Assembly: GCA_963555985.3 (NCBI GenBank)
Contig: OY820591.1
Span: 288,001-352,000 of the forward strand
Length of the DNA stretch: 64,000 nucleotides
From: Dehalococcoidia bacterium
Lineage (GTDB): Bacteria > Chloroflexota > Dehalococcoidia > Bin125
Reading direction: 5' to 3'
Every line of letters begins with the position of its first letter. The stretch's first letter is position 1. Both the position numbers and the translations under genes were made by a program. The notes under the pieces are model-generated. The model did not search any database. It was not told the origin of the DNA and saw only the letters and a list, made by a program, of their open reading frames with translations. Positions 28,185-38,336 of this stretch are shown here, piece by piece.

Positions 28185-29621
28185 TCAGGCCGTCACGCTC
28201 TGGGGATGGTCGAGCACGTAGGGCGTCGATCGGCGAATGTACTGTCCGCGTCCCAGCGATCCCAGGAACTCCTCCCCGCTGACGATGATCTCGCCGCGCG
28301 AGATCACGGTGCTGGGGCGGCCGCTGACCTTCATCCCTTCGTAGAGGTTGTAGTCCACGCGCATGTGATGCGTCGCCGCTTCAATCGTGTAGTTCGCGTT
28401 CGGGTCCCAGACCACGATGTCGGCGTCTGCGCCGACGCCGATGATGCCCTTGCGTGGGTAGAGGCCGAAGAGCTTGGCCGGCATCGTGCAGTTGAGGTCG
28501 ACGAAGCGCATCATGTCGAAGCGGCCGCCCTGCACGCCGCCCTCGTACATCAGGTGCATCCGGTTCTCGACGCCGGGCACGCCGTTGGGGATGTAGCGGA
28601 AGTCGCCCTTGCCCATCGGTTTCTGCGGCGGCAGTTCGGCCAGATCGTCATTCATCCGGAAGGTGCAGTGGTCGGTGGCGATGACCGAAAGGGCGCCGGT
28701 CTCGATCCCGCGCCAGAGTTCGTCCTGGTTCGCCCGCTCCCGAATCGGCGGCGAGCAGATGTATTTGGCCGCCTCGAAGCCGGCATTCTCGTAGTCCTCG
28801 TAGGCCGCGAACAGGTACTGCGGGCAGGTCTCGGCCCAGACATTCTGTCCGCGGGCCTTCGCCGCTTCCACTTCCACCAGCGCGGTACGGCTGGAGAGAT
28901 GCACGATGTAGACGGCTGAGCCGGCCATCTCGGCCATGGCGATCCCGCGATGCGTCGCCTCGCCCTCAACGAGATGAGGGTGCGCGTGCATGTGCATGTG
29001 CTCCTGGAGCTTGCCTTGCTGGGTGAACTGCTCGGTGATCTGCTGGATCACGTGGCCGTTCTCGGCGTGCAGGGTGACAATCGCGTTCGTGTCGGCGGCG
29101 ACCTGCATGGCGCGGAAGATCGTCAGGTCGTCCACCATCATCGTGCCCGGGTAGGCCATGAGCAGCTTGAAGCTGGTCACGCCTTCGCCGGGCAGTGCGG
29201 CCAATTCTTCCAGGTATTCCTGCGAGGAGAGATTGGTCGCCATCAGGTGGAAGCCGTAGTCGATCACCGCCTGCGACTCGGCCTGTCGGCGTCGGTGCTC
29301 AATCGCTTCAATCGGCGACATCCCTTCGCGCTCCTGGCGCGCGAAGTCGACGACTGTGGTCGTGCCGCCAAAGGCGGCGGCCACCGTGCCCGATTCCCAG
29401 CTGTCGGCGGTGATGGTGCGGAACACGGTCTCGCCGAGGTGGGTATGCACGTCGATCCCGCCCGGGATGACGTACTGTCCCTCAGCCGGGACGACCGTAT
29501 CGGCGGCGACTTCGAGATCGGCTCCGATCTGCACGATCACGCCATCGTCCACAAAGACATCGGCGACGTACTGTTCGCTTGCGGTGGTGACGGTTCCGCC
29601 GGTAATCAGCACTGACGGCAT
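28185..29621 (-). CDS. hydA: Dihydropyrimidinase (D-hydantoinase)
   Basis: PGGIDVHTH, GGTTT, SFK, HAENG, ETCPQYL, CSPP, TDHC, PNGVPG. Confidence 0.92.
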   Translation of the reverse strand: MPSVLITGGTVTTASEQYVADVFVDDGVIVQIGADLEVAADTVVPAEGQYVIPGGIDVHTHLGETVFRTITADSWESGTVAAAFGGTTTVVDFARQEREGMSPIEAIEHRRRQAESQAVIDYGFHLMATNLSSQEYLEELAALPGEGVTSFKLLMAYPGTMMVDDLTIFRAMQVAADTNAIVTLHAENGHVIQQITEQFTQQGKLQEHMHMHAHPHLVEGEATHRGIAMAEMAGSAVYIVHLSSRTALVEVEAAKARGQNVWAETCPQYLFAAYEDYENAGFEAAKYICSPPIRERANQDELWRGIETGALSVIATDHCTFRMNDDLAELPPQKPMGKGDFRYIPNGVPGVENRMHLMYEGGVQGGRFDMMRFVDLNCTMPAKLFGLYPRKGIIGVGADADIVVWDPNANYTIEAATHHMRVDYNLYEGMKVSGRPSTVISRGEIIVSGEEFLGSLGRGQYIRRSTPYVLDHPQSVTA

Positions 29622-29649
29622 GCCATACCTCCTTCAGGCAGATTCGCGG

Positions 29650-30483
29650 TTAGGGCTTAGTCAGCGGGGCGTACATGTCCGGACGCCGGTCGCGGTAGAA
29701 GGGCCATTCGGCACGAGCTTCGGAGAGTTGGTCGAGGTCGAGGTCGGCCACGATCACCTCCTCTTCCTCGCCCGCCTCGGCCAGCACTGTGCCGCCGGGG
29801 TCGCAGAAGTAGCTGTGTCCGTAGAAGTGGACATCGGGCTTGAGCGCGGTACCGACGCGGTTGATCGTGCCTACGAAATAGCCGTTGGCGATCGCATGGA
29901 AGCGCTGTTCGACATCCCACAACTGGCGTGAGAACCCGGCCGTGGCAGCCGGGATAAACACGATCTCGGCACCGTTCAGCCCGAGTGCGCGCGCACCTTC
30001 AGGGAAATGCCGGTCGTAGCAGATGTAGACGCCGATCCGGCCGACGCTGGTGTCGAACGTGGGGTAACCGAGATTCCCGGGCCGGAAGTAGTACTTCTCC
30101 AGGAAGTTGTCGGAGTGTGGGATGTGCGTCTTGCGGTACTTGCCGAGGTAGGTCCCGTCGGAGTCGAGCACGGCGGCGGTGTTGTAGAGGAAGCCCGGCG
30201 CCTCGCGCTCGTACACGGGCACGATCAGCACCATCCCGGTCTCGCGGGCGACCTCCTGCATTCGCTGCACGGTCGGTCCGTCGGGTACGGGTTCGGCGAG
30301 GTCGTACCAGCGTTTGTCCTCTTCCTGGCAGAAGTAGGGACCGGTCGCCAGCTCTTGTAAGCAGGTGATTTGCGCGCCCTGTTCCGCGGCCTGGCGGAGG
30401 AGCTTGACTTGATGCTCGACCATCTTCTCCTTGGGCGTCATGCCTTCGGTTTGGATCAATGCAGCGCGTACGATGCGGCTCAT
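29650..30483 (-). CDS. Nitrilase-family C-N hydrolase (beta-ureidopropionase-like)
   Basis: Catalytic E (CLQEL), K (YRKTHIP) and C (ICYDRHFPE); EKYYF; directly upstream of hydA. Confidence 0.9.
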   Translation of the reverse strand: MSRIVRAALIQTEGMTPKEKMVEHQVKLLRQAAEQGAQITCLQELATGPYFCQEEDKRWYDLAEPVPDGPTVQRMQEVARETGMVLIVPVYEREAPGFLYNTAAVLDSDGTYLGKYRKTHIPHSDNFLEKYYFRPGNLGYPTFDTSVGRIGVYICYDRHFPEGARALGLNGAEIVFIPAATAGFSRQLWDVEQRFHAIANGYFVGTINRVGTALKPDVHFYGHSYFCDPGGTVLAEAGEEEEVIVADLDLDQLSEARAEWPFYRDRRPDMYAPLTKP

Positions 30484-30540
30484 GGTTCACCGTTCCTGGT
30501 AGCGGAGCGGCAGCCATGATTGGCTACCGCTCCTGTCGCC

Positions 30541-31785
30541 TTAGCTGTCGTCGGGCAGCAGGTCTTCGACGTCGAGATCGAGCGGCGTGTAGTCGTTGCG
30601 GAAGCGGTCCGCGTCGGAGAAGCCTTCGAGTGCAGCCTCCACGAACTCATTCGTGTAGGCCGCGTCGAGGTCGGCGGCTTCGGAGATCACTTCGTACTCC
30701 AGCATGATCCCGGCGGTGCGCTCGGCCGACTCGCGGTCGATTACGCCCCAGCCCTTGGTTGAGGGCCACATCAGCTTGTTGATCTCGTTCATCATCCAGG
30801 TCTGGTGCGCGCGCGGCAGCGCGGGACCGTACTTGAGCACGATCTCGACGCAGGCCTCCGGGTCGTCGGCGCAGAGCGCCCATCCGCGAGCGGAGGCGCG
30901 CAGGAAGCGGGTGACGATGTCCTGGTTGTTCTCATCCGCGAGCCATTCGCCGCGAGCCAGGAGCGCATCCTCCAGCGTGTTGGTGTCGTGGTCTCCAAAG
31001 TCGACCACGTGGAAGTCGCTGACCGGGTTGCCGGCCGCAATCAACTGCGCGAACTCGTTGTAGATCATCGCCGAGGCGAGATCGACCTGGCGCTCCAGCA
31101 ATAGCTGCATGTCGAAGCCCTGGCCGACCAGTTCAACCTGGTCGGAGCCTGAACCCTCAGTCAGGCCGTACTTGTTGATCGTGGCTGAGACCATCTCATG
31201 TCCGGCCCACACTCCAAGCTTCTTGCCCGCCCAATCTTCTGGCGACGTGATCCCGTCGTCGGCCCAGGAAACGAGTCGGTAGCCGGAGCGCTCAAACACC
31301 TGCGCCACTGCGACCACATCGATTCCCTGATCACGAGCCGACAGTAGGACAGCGAACGGCTGCACAGCTAGTTCCGCCGCGCCGGCCGCTACCAACTGCA
31401 CGGGCAGGATGTCGGGGCCGCCCGGCTGAATCTCAACCTCAAGGCCCTCTTCCTCGTAGAAGCCGTTCTCAAGCGCGGCGTAGTAACCGGCGAACTGGGC
31501 CTGGACGACCCACTGAAGGACGATCTTGACCTTGTCGGGCTCGGCGGCTGGTTCAGGTTCGGGTTGCGGTTGTTCCTGCTGCTGGGCCTGCGGCTCGGGT
31601 TGAGCCTGTTGTTCCTGCTGCTGGGCCTGCGGTTCGGGTTGGGCCTGTTGCTCCTGTTGCTGAGCCTGCGCCGCCGCCGGCGCTGCTTGTTCTTCGTCGT
31701 CGCCGCAGGCCGCGAAGACGAGCGCAACGCCCAGGGCGAGCGCGGTGAGTAGAGCGGTCAGATAGGAAAGTCGTGGTCTCGGCAT
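30541..31785 (-). CDS. NMT1/THI5-like ABC substrate-binding lipoprotein (probably pyrimidine-related)
   Basis: Lipobox FAAC, LQWVVQAQFAGYY, PGGP, AMIYNE. Confidence 0.88.
   Translation of the reverse strand: MPRPRLSYLTALLTALALGVALVFAACGDDEEQAAPAAAQAQQQEQQAQPEPQAQQQEQQAQPEPQAQQQEQPQPEPEPAAEPDKVKIVLQWVVQAQFAGYYAALENGFYEEEGLEVEIQPGGPDILPVQLVAAGAAELAVQPFAVLLSARDQGIDVVAVAQVFERSGYRLVSWADDGITSPEDWAGKKLGVWAGHEMVSATINKYGLTEGSGSDQVELVGQGFDMQLLLERQVDLASAMIYNEFAQLIAAGNPVSDFHVVDFGDHDTNTLEDALLARGEWLADENNQDIVTRFLRASARGWALCADDPEACVEIVLKYGPALPRAHQTWMMNEINKLMWPSTKGWGVIDRESAERTAGIMLEYEVISEAADLDAAYTNEFVEAALEGFSDADRFRNDYTPLDLDVEDLLPDDS
31571..31669 (-). repeat. 39-bp coding tandem repeat (about 2.5 units) in the binding-protein linker
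   Basis: Encodes repeated QAQQQEQQAQPEP. Confidence 0.8.
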
Positions 31786-32024
31786 TCGTTCCCGCTTTCT
31801 GGATTCAGGCTTGGCCTCCGGTGACGCCAGACGCCCCCAAGCTCTTGAGCGGCTGTGGCGGTGAGGCTAGATCGCTCGTGCAGTATTCTCAAGCGGACAG
31901 GCGTCCGTTGGACAAGTCCGCGTTGCAATCCAGGCCAGAGATCGCAAGAGTCGAGCCGGGTCGTCGCTCACCCGCCTGCTCCTTGACGGTGTGAGGACTG
32001 CCAACGAACGCAGAGGAGTCACCA

Positions 32025-32945
32025 ATGGCACTCGTCATCAACAGAGGCCGGGCCAGGCGAATCGCCGAGCTGAACGCCGCCTCTGAGGTCGTCGAAACAG
32101 CCTCCGGGCCCGTCGAATTCGCCCGCCATGGCGACCCGCCCTACGTCCTGATCATCCACGGCACGCCTCAGGGTCACAACGCGAGCTTTATCGGCGAGCC
32201 CATGGAGGCAGCAGGCTTCGGCACGATCACGCCCTCCCGGCCCGGTTACCTCCGCACCCCCCTCGAAACCGGCCCCAGCTTCGAGGCCCAGGCCGACGCC
32301 CTGGCCGCCTTGCTCGACGAACTCTCGATCGATCAGGTCGCTGCCTACGCCCTCTCCGGCGGCGGACCGACCGGCATCCAGTTCGCCGCCCGTCACCCCG
32401 ATCGTGTCAGGGCGCTGATTCTCGAAGTCGCGATCTCGCAGACCTACAACCCCGCCGTGTCTGGCCTGGTCCTCGCCCTCTTCTCAGCCGGCATCTTCAT
32501 CTGGCTTCAGGCACAGATGACGAGGTTCCTGCCCCGGCTCGCTGTGAGCCAGTTCGTTGGTCTCGAAAGCACCCTCGAGCCGGCGGATCGCGCGCGTGTC
32601 ACGGCCGACATCCTCGCCTCGCCGGAAAAGATGGCCTTCGTGTGCGACCTGCAAGACAGCGCGCCGCCCATGAACCTGCTCCGCGCTGGATTCGACAACG
32701 ACATGGAACGCTTCAGCGCCATCGAGCAACTGCCCATGCAAGACATCCGCTGTCCGACCTTGGTCGTCCACGGCACCCACGACGGCGACGTTCCCTTCAG
32801 CCACGCCGAAGCCTCCGCCCAGGGCATTCCCGGAGCCGAACTCTTCGAAGTCGAGAAGGGCTGGCACCTGCTCGCCCTCAGCGACGGCGACAATGCCTAC
32901 CAGCAGGCCGAGATCGACTTCCTGCGCGAGCATCTCGCCGGATAA
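32025..32945 (+). CDS. Alpha/beta hydrolase
   Basis: HGTP, SRPGY, nucleophile ALSGGG, HGTHDGDVP, GWH. Confidence 0.88.
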   Translation: MALVINRGRARRIAELNAASEVVETASGPVEFARHGDPPYVLIIHGTPQGHNASFIGEPMEAAGFGTITPSRPGYLRTPLETGPSFEAQADALAALLDELSIDQVAAYALSGGGPTGIQFAARHPDRVRALILEVAISQTYNPAVSGLVLALFSAGIFIWLQAQMTRFLPRLAVSQFVGLESTLEPADRARVTADILASPEKMAFVCDLQDSAPPMNLLRAGFDNDMERFSAIEQLPMQDIRCPTLVVHGTHDGDVPFSHAEASAQGIPGAELFEVEKGWHLLALSDGDNAYQQAEIDFLREHLAG

Positions 32946-33133
32946 CCAGCGTGGCGCAGATGTCGATTAATGCGGCAAGCCGTGCTTGTCACAGAGGTGA
33001 GCGGCAGGGCCTACCCACAATCCTTCCGGTCTGAGCTCGCGCGGCGATCGGCGAGGCGTTGCGGCTCCTTGGGCGATGCCGTCAGCGGCTACATTGCAAG
33101 TACGGTCAGAGCCGAACAGAGGACAACGCAACG

Positions 33134-34027
33134 ATGAGCCAACGCACTAACGCCTTCCCCGAACTCGAACGCGACCTGCGCTTTTTCCCGCTCGGTGTGG
33201 ACGAACCTCGGCATCTGACTACCGATCAAATCCGGCAGTACAACGACAAGGGCTACGTCTTTCCGATCGATATCTTCTCGCAATCCGAGATCGAGGCGAT
33301 CCGCAGCTACTTCGACGAGCTCTTGCCCAAAGCGCTGGACGCGGGCTGGAATAGCTACGAACTGACCAACTGGCATAAGCACTGCCAGGGTGTCTGGGAC
33401 ATCGTGACCGACCGCCGCATCCTCGACATCATGGAGGACATGCTCGGCGACACGGTGATCCTGCGGCACAGTCACTTCTTCGCCAAGCTGCCGGGTGACG
33501 GGATGCGGGTGAGTTGGCACCAGGACGCCTCCTACTGGCCGCTCACGCCGAGCAAGGTCGTCTCCGCCTGGCTCGCGATCGATGACTCTGATGTCGGCAA
33601 CGGCGCGATGCAGGTGATTCCCGGCTCGCACCACAACCCGCAGGCCGCATTCCGCGACAGCACGGCCGAGGAGCGTAACGTGCTCAATCAGACCGTCGCG
33701 AATCCCGAAGACTACGGCGATCCGCCGGTCGCGCTGGAACTGCGTGCGGGCCAGATCTCACTGCACAGCGACTGGGTGTTGCACGGCTCGGATCCGAACG
33801 TATCGAACCGCCGCCGCTGCGGATTGGCGATGCGCTATCTGTCCAAGGACGTCCGCGCTTACAACGGCTGGAACGAGAACTCGATCGTCTGCCGCGGCGT
33901 TGAGCCGACCGGCCACTGGGCCAATCACCCACGTCCGGATGGCGAACTGATCCCGACCAAGGAGGGGCTCGATGCTGTCACGGCGTCGAGTATGGCGCTG
34001 CGTTCGGGCGACGACGCAGCCGAATAA
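33134..34027 (+). CDS. Phytanoyl-CoA dioxygenase family Fe(II)/2-oxoglutarate enzyme
   Basis: WHQD (HxD), WLAID, PGSH, LHGS-N-S-RR. Confidence 0.9.
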   Translation: MSQRTNAFPELERDLRFFPLGVDEPRHLTTDQIRQYNDKGYVFPIDIFSQSEIEAIRSYFDELLPKALDAGWNSYELTNWHKHCQGVWDIVTDRRILDIMEDMLGDTVILRHSHFFAKLPGDGMRVSWHQDASYWPLTPSKVVSAWLAIDDSDVGNGAMQVIPGSHHNPQAAFRDSTAEERNVLNQTVANPEDYGDPPVALELRAGQISLHSDWVLHGSDPNVSNRRRCGLAMRYLSKDVRAYNGWNENSIVCRGVEPTGHWANHPRPDGELIPTKEGLDAVTASSMALRSGDDAAE

Positions 34028-34038
34028 CGCAGCGACGC

Positions 34039-35826
34039 TCAGTCCAGATCGGTCACGCTCGCCCCGTTGCGCCCCGCCACCGAGTGCTGCGGCCGCACCT
34101 GCGCCACCCAAGCCATCCCTTCCTCGCCGCCCGGCACGCGCGCTCCGTTGCCGCTCGCATTCGCCTCGCTCACGACTGGTATGAACGCCGGCTCGTCAAA
34201 CGTCTGGGCAGGTCCGTAATGGCGATGGTCGACGGGATCCGGCTCGTCGTGCTCTCCGGTGCGGAGCCGTTTCTCGCGCAAGGTTAGGACGGCGACCAGC
34301 GAGATCATGCCGACGCCCACCGAGATCCAGAAGTTGCTCGTGATCGCGACGGCCAGCGCTTCGGGCAGCGTGACGAGAATCTCGATGAATCCTGATTCCC
34401 CGATCTCAGCTAGGAGTCCGGCTCTCGCTTCCTCGTTCAGCAGTTGCGTCGGGTCGGCGTGAGCGGCAAGGTCGGCCGGCAATCGGGAAGCGAGTTCGCT
34501 CGCCAGCCGCCCCGTGACGAGTGCGCCAACCAGCGTCACACCAATGATCCCGCCGATCTCCTGGAAAAACTGGGTCGCCCCGGAAATCGTGCCCAGCATG
34601 GCCTGCGGGAGCGCGTTCTGCGCTGCCGTCATCAGCGACGGGTAGAGCAGCCCCAGTCCGGTACCGAAGATCACCAGCCGCCAGACTACGTCCACCGCCC
34701 CGGATTCCGTGCTCAGCTGGGTCATTAACCAGGAGCCAATCACGATCACGAACGCGGCGATGATCGCCAGGATCTTGTAACGGCCGGTGCGCGACATTAC
34801 CTGGCCGGCGATCGAGGCCATGAACACCATCGAGATAATCTCGGCGCTCAAGAGCAGGCCCGAGGCAGTCGGCGTGTAGCCCAGCACGCCCTGCATGAAG
34901 TAGGCGAGGAAGAACGAGACGCCGAACAGTCCGCCGCCGACCACGGCCATCACCAGCGCTGCCACTCGGAAGGTGTGATTGCGGAACAGCGCGCCGGGCA
35001 AGATTGGCTCCTTCGCGGTTCGCTCTGCCGCGATGAAGGCGATCACGCCCACGCCCGAGACGCCGAACAGCGCCAGGGTCTTGATGTCGAGCCAGGCAGT
35101 CCCGGTCGAGACCAGCGCCAGGGCCAGCATCGCCGGCATCAACATCAGCAGCATCGCGCCGATCCCCAGCCAGTCGATTGTGACTTTGCGCGGCGGCGGC
35201 CGCAGCCAGGGCATGATGAAGGCGATCGAGGCGAACGCCAACACTGCCAGGGGCAGAATTGACCAGAACACCCAGCGCCAGCTCAGCGCGTCAACGATCA
35301 GTCCCCCGAGCAGCGGCCCGATCAACCCGCCGATCCCGAATACGGCCGCGAAGATGCCCATGTACTTGGCGCGTTCGGATGGCGGAAACAGATCGCCGGA
35401 GATCGAGAACGAGTTGCCCATCAGGATCCCGCCGCCGATGCCTTGCAAGGCGCGGAAGCCGATCAGCATCTCCATCGAGGTGGCGAAACCGGCTAAGGCG
35501 GTGGCTCCGGCAAAGATCACCAGGCCGATCAGCAGGAACGGTTTGCGTCCGTACGAATCAGATAAGCGCCCGGCGATCGCGACGGCCGGCATGGAGGTCG
35601 CCATGAAGGCCGACTCCATGAACGCGATCAGATCGAAGCGGCCCAGATCTGCGGCCAGCACCGGCGTCGCCGTGGCGACGATCGAGTGCTGCACCGCAGA
35701 GAGGAACATCGCGACGACGGCGCTGCCAAGAATCAGCATCTTGGTGCGATGCGGCAGTGCGAAGCCGACGGTCGCGGCAGTCGGGGTGAATTCCAGCGCT
35801 GGCGCGTCCGCTGTGGAATGACTCAT
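34039..35826 (-). CDS. MFS transporter, DHA2 (14-TM, EmrB/QacA-like)
   Basis: GRLSDSYGRK, RALQGIGGG, GPLLGG, WRWVF, EPILP. Confidence 0.9.
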   Translation of the reverse strand: MSHSTADAPALEFTPTAATVGFALPHRTKMLILGSAVVAMFLSAVQHSIVATATPVLAADLGRFDLIAFMESAFMATSMPAVAIAGRLSDSYGRKPFLLIGLVIFAGATALAGFATSMEMLIGFRALQGIGGGILMGNSFSISGDLFPPSERAKYMGIFAAVFGIGGLIGPLLGGLIVDALSWRWVFWSILPLAVLAFASIAFIMPWLRPPPRKVTIDWLGIGAMLLMLMPAMLALALVSTGTAWLDIKTLALFGVSGVGVIAFIAAERTAKEPILPGALFRNHTFRVAALVMAVVGGGLFGVSFFLAYFMQGVLGYTPTASGLLLSAEIISMVFMASIAGQVMSRTGRYKILAIIAAFVIVIGSWLMTQLSTESGAVDVVWRLVIFGTGLGLLYPSLMTAAQNALPQAMLGTISGATQFFQEIGGIIGVTLVGALVTGRLASELASRLPADLAAHADPTQLLNEEARAGLLAEIGESGFIEILVTLPEALAVAITSNFWISVGVGMISLVAVLTLREKRLRTGEHDEPDPVDHRHYGPAQTFDEPAFIPVVSEANASGNGARVPGGEEGMAWVAQVRPQHSVAGRNGASVTDLD

Positions 35827-36141
35827 GGGCGCTTCTCGTGCGTGTCCACACTAACGGCAGGACTTGCCGAAGCGCTGTGAGATACGTAGCAGAGAGGCGA
35901 TTTGGTTCCGGCGAGTTCGAGTATTGCGCCGCTCAACCGCTGGCCTCAGCCGACGGTCCATCCGGCGGTGTGAGCGAGTCGAGCATGGCATTGCTATTCA
36001 CCGCGGGCGCGCGGTGGCGACGGACGCGCTCGATCGGATTGCGCCGGGAGCCGCCGTCGGAGCTGGCTGCCCGACGCTGGTCGACCCGATCTGCATCCGT
36101 GAGATGGTCGCGTACGCCGCTTGGAGCCGCCCGGGCGAGTC

Positions 36142-36435
36142 TTAGCCGTCGTAGCCCTGCACCGCTAACACGCTGGATCGCACGGCCCGGTGGCGAAGCT
36201 CATCAAGCGTCGTGTACTCGGCCGAGCTGAGGAACTCGCTGGCCCCATTCGCGCTCTCGAACTGCATGATCACGAGTCGTTGCGGTCTCCAGTCACCCTC
36301 CATGGCCTCCGGATTGCCGCCGCGCACGAGGAACGTACCGCCGTGGGCCGCCAGTGCGTCGGCAATCTTCGCTGCGAACTCCGAGTACGCTTCTTCGTCC
36401 AACGTCTCGGTGTCAATCACGACGTAACTGCTCAT
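36142..36435 (-). CDS. DUF1330 domain protein
   Basis: HGGTFLVRGG, EGDW-P-RLVIMQF, SAEY. Confidence 0.88.
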   Translation of the reverse strand: MSSYVVIDTETLDEEAYSEFAAKIADALAAHGGTFLVRGGNPEAMEGDWRPQRLVIMQFESANGASEFLSSAEYTTLDELRHRAVRSSVLAVQGYDG

Positions 36436-36510
36436 CTCAGCAAACCCTTTCTTTGGCAACCGCGCGTTTGGCGCGCAGTTTTCGGCGTGTGGGTCGAGCT
36501 CCGGTCTCGT

Positions 36511-38247
36511 TCATGAACGAAAACCTTCGATCTCGACCGTGACGATGTCGATACCATAATACTTCCGGTGTCTCACCGCCGAGGCGTAGAAGCGCAACAG
36601 GCGGAACGAGATATCGCCGACATCAGGTTCCTCGGCCTGGTCGCTCAAATAGGCAATGCGGTCTTCAATGTTCTCCTCGGAGAACAGCGCTAGGAACTCT
36701 AACTCGACTGAGCCGCTGCCCGGGCGGGCGATCAGCACCAGGCGGGGCGGCTGGTCGGATTCATAATCGTCGCGCAGATGCAGCATCGCGGAAAGGGTTT
36801 CTTCGCCTGCCGCGTGCAGTTGGTCGATCGATGCTTGATTCCAGCGCAGATCGGCGCCGAGTTTGCGCAGGAACGCCTCAATGTCGGGCAAGGCTGAGAG
36901 GTCCAACGCAGTCTCCAGGCGCCGGGAGCGTGAGCCGGTCAGCTCGAGCACCAGCGTCAGCAGAATCGCGGCGAATACGCCGAATACGACGCCGTTGCCC
37001 AGGGTCGCTCCCCAGGTGCCGCCGATGATGTCGGCCAGGATGTTCTGGTTCTGCAGGCCGACTGTGATCGCGAGCGAAACGCCAACAATGAAGGCTCGTT
37101 GCCGGTTGAGTCCCTCGCGCAGGACAGTGCGCATACCTTCGACGAAGAGCAGCCCCATGATGACCATCAGCAACGCGCCGCTGACCGGTCGCGGCATCGT
37201 GAGCAGTATGGCCACGATCTTGGGCAGCAACGCGACCACGATCAGGATCGCGCCGATGACAATGCCGACCCGCCGGGCGGCGACTCCGGTGAACTGGAAC
37301 AACGAGATGGTTGACGGCAGGTAGGCGATGGTGGGCAGGATGCCGGCGATTCCCGACAGCAGGAGCGCGATTCCGCCGACGTTCAAGGTGCGCTGGACGC
37401 CGCGAAAGTCGATGCTGCGCGGTTCGCGCCGGGAGGCCTGCTGGATCGCGGCGCCTTCGCTGCTGGATCTGATCGCGACCACGGCGCTGACGACCAGAAA
37501 GACGAGCAGTAACGCCCAGAAGTCTTCGTCCAACACCGAACCGAAGCCGGGCCAGCCGGAGACCTCGGGGAGATCGAACCAGGGTGCGTCGAGCGCCCGT
37601 TGGATGTCATATACGCCAAGCGGCACGGCGATCGCGCAGCCCGCTACCAAAGCGATCGGCAGGGCCCAGAGGCTCCAGAGGCCAGTTCCGCGCAACATCA
37701 GCAGGGCGGTGATAGCCAGAGTCGCCAATCCCACTCCGGGGCCGGCCAGGTCGCTCACGCCGGCAGGCACGTCGGTGAACCGTTCAATTGCGATCGGCAT
37801 GGCCAGGACTGCGATGATCATGAATGCGACGCCGGAGACGACGGGTGTGATCAGGCGGCGCATCTGCGCCAGTCGAGCCGCTACTGCGAATTGCACGAAC
37901 GATGAGGCGATCACAAGGCTCGACATCATCGCCAGACCACCTTGTTCCACAGCGAGCACACAGGCGGCGAGAAACGGGACTCCCGATCCCATCAGGAGCG
38001 TGTGGCCCGGTCCCAAGCGGCCAATCTTCGATGCGTGCAGCGCCGTGGTCAGGCCGGCAACGATCAGGGCGCCAACAATGGCCCAGGTCACATAGCTGCC
38101 ATCGTCGCCAATCGCGGCAGAAAAGAGCACCACCCAAGTGACCACGTTCGAGACGATCAGGACCGCGCCCTGGAACGCGACATTGAGCGTCAACGGCGGC
38201 GGGACGGTCTCTTCGGGTTCGTAACGGATGTGGTCGTTCGCGGCCAT
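36511..38247 (-). CDS. NCS2 (uracil/xanthine) family permease with a ~135-aa soluble C-terminal extension
   Basis: ITPVVSG, TGVAARRVG, PKIVA-L-MPRPV typical of NCS2; extension starts near RLETALD. Confidence 0.8.
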   Translation of the reverse strand: MAANDHIRYEPEETVPPPLTLNVAFQGAVLIVSNVVTWVVLFSAAIGDDGSYVTWAIVGALIVAGLTTALHASKIGRLGPGHTLLMGSGVPFLAACVLAVEQGGLAMMSSLVIASSFVQFAVAARLAQMRRLITPVVSGVAFMIIAVLAMPIAIERFTDVPAGVSDLAGPGVGLATLAITALLMLRGTGLWSLWALPIALVAGCAIAVPLGVYDIQRALDAPWFDLPEVSGWPGFGSVLDEDFWALLLVFLVVSAVVAIRSSSEGAAIQQASRREPRSIDFRGVQRTLNVGGIALLLSGIAGILPTIAYLPSTISLFQFTGVAARRVGIVIGAILIVVALLPKIVAILLTMPRPVSGALLMVIMGLLFVEGMRTVLREGLNRQRAFIVGVSLAITVGLQNQNILADIIGGTWGATLGNGVVFGVFAAILLTLVLELTGSRSRRLETALDLSALPDIEAFLRKLGADLRWNQASIDQLHAAGEETLSAMLHLRDDYESDQPPRLVLIARPGSGSVELEFLALFSEENIEDRIAYLSDQAEEPDVGDISFRLLRFYASAVRHRKYYGIDIVTVEIEGFRS

Positions 38248-38336
38248 CTTCGCCGGCCTCGTTACCGCTCGGCGCCCTGATCCATCGGTACGCCCGCCAC
38301 AGGCTACGGCCTGGTGCAGCCGGTTCCGAGGCTGGG

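Noticed and set aside
31786-32024. TPP riboswitch ahead of the NMT1/THI5-like gene
   Set aside because: The conserved CUGAGA element is not seen in context, and the operon points to pyrimidine catabolism.
33134-34027. Fe/2OG halogenase
   Set aside because: The HxD facial triad is intact (HQD); halogenases replace the Asp with Ala or Gly.
35864-36230. Small plus-strand ORFs between the MFS and DUF1330 genes
   Set aside because: No RBS, motif or codon bias; treated as intergenic.
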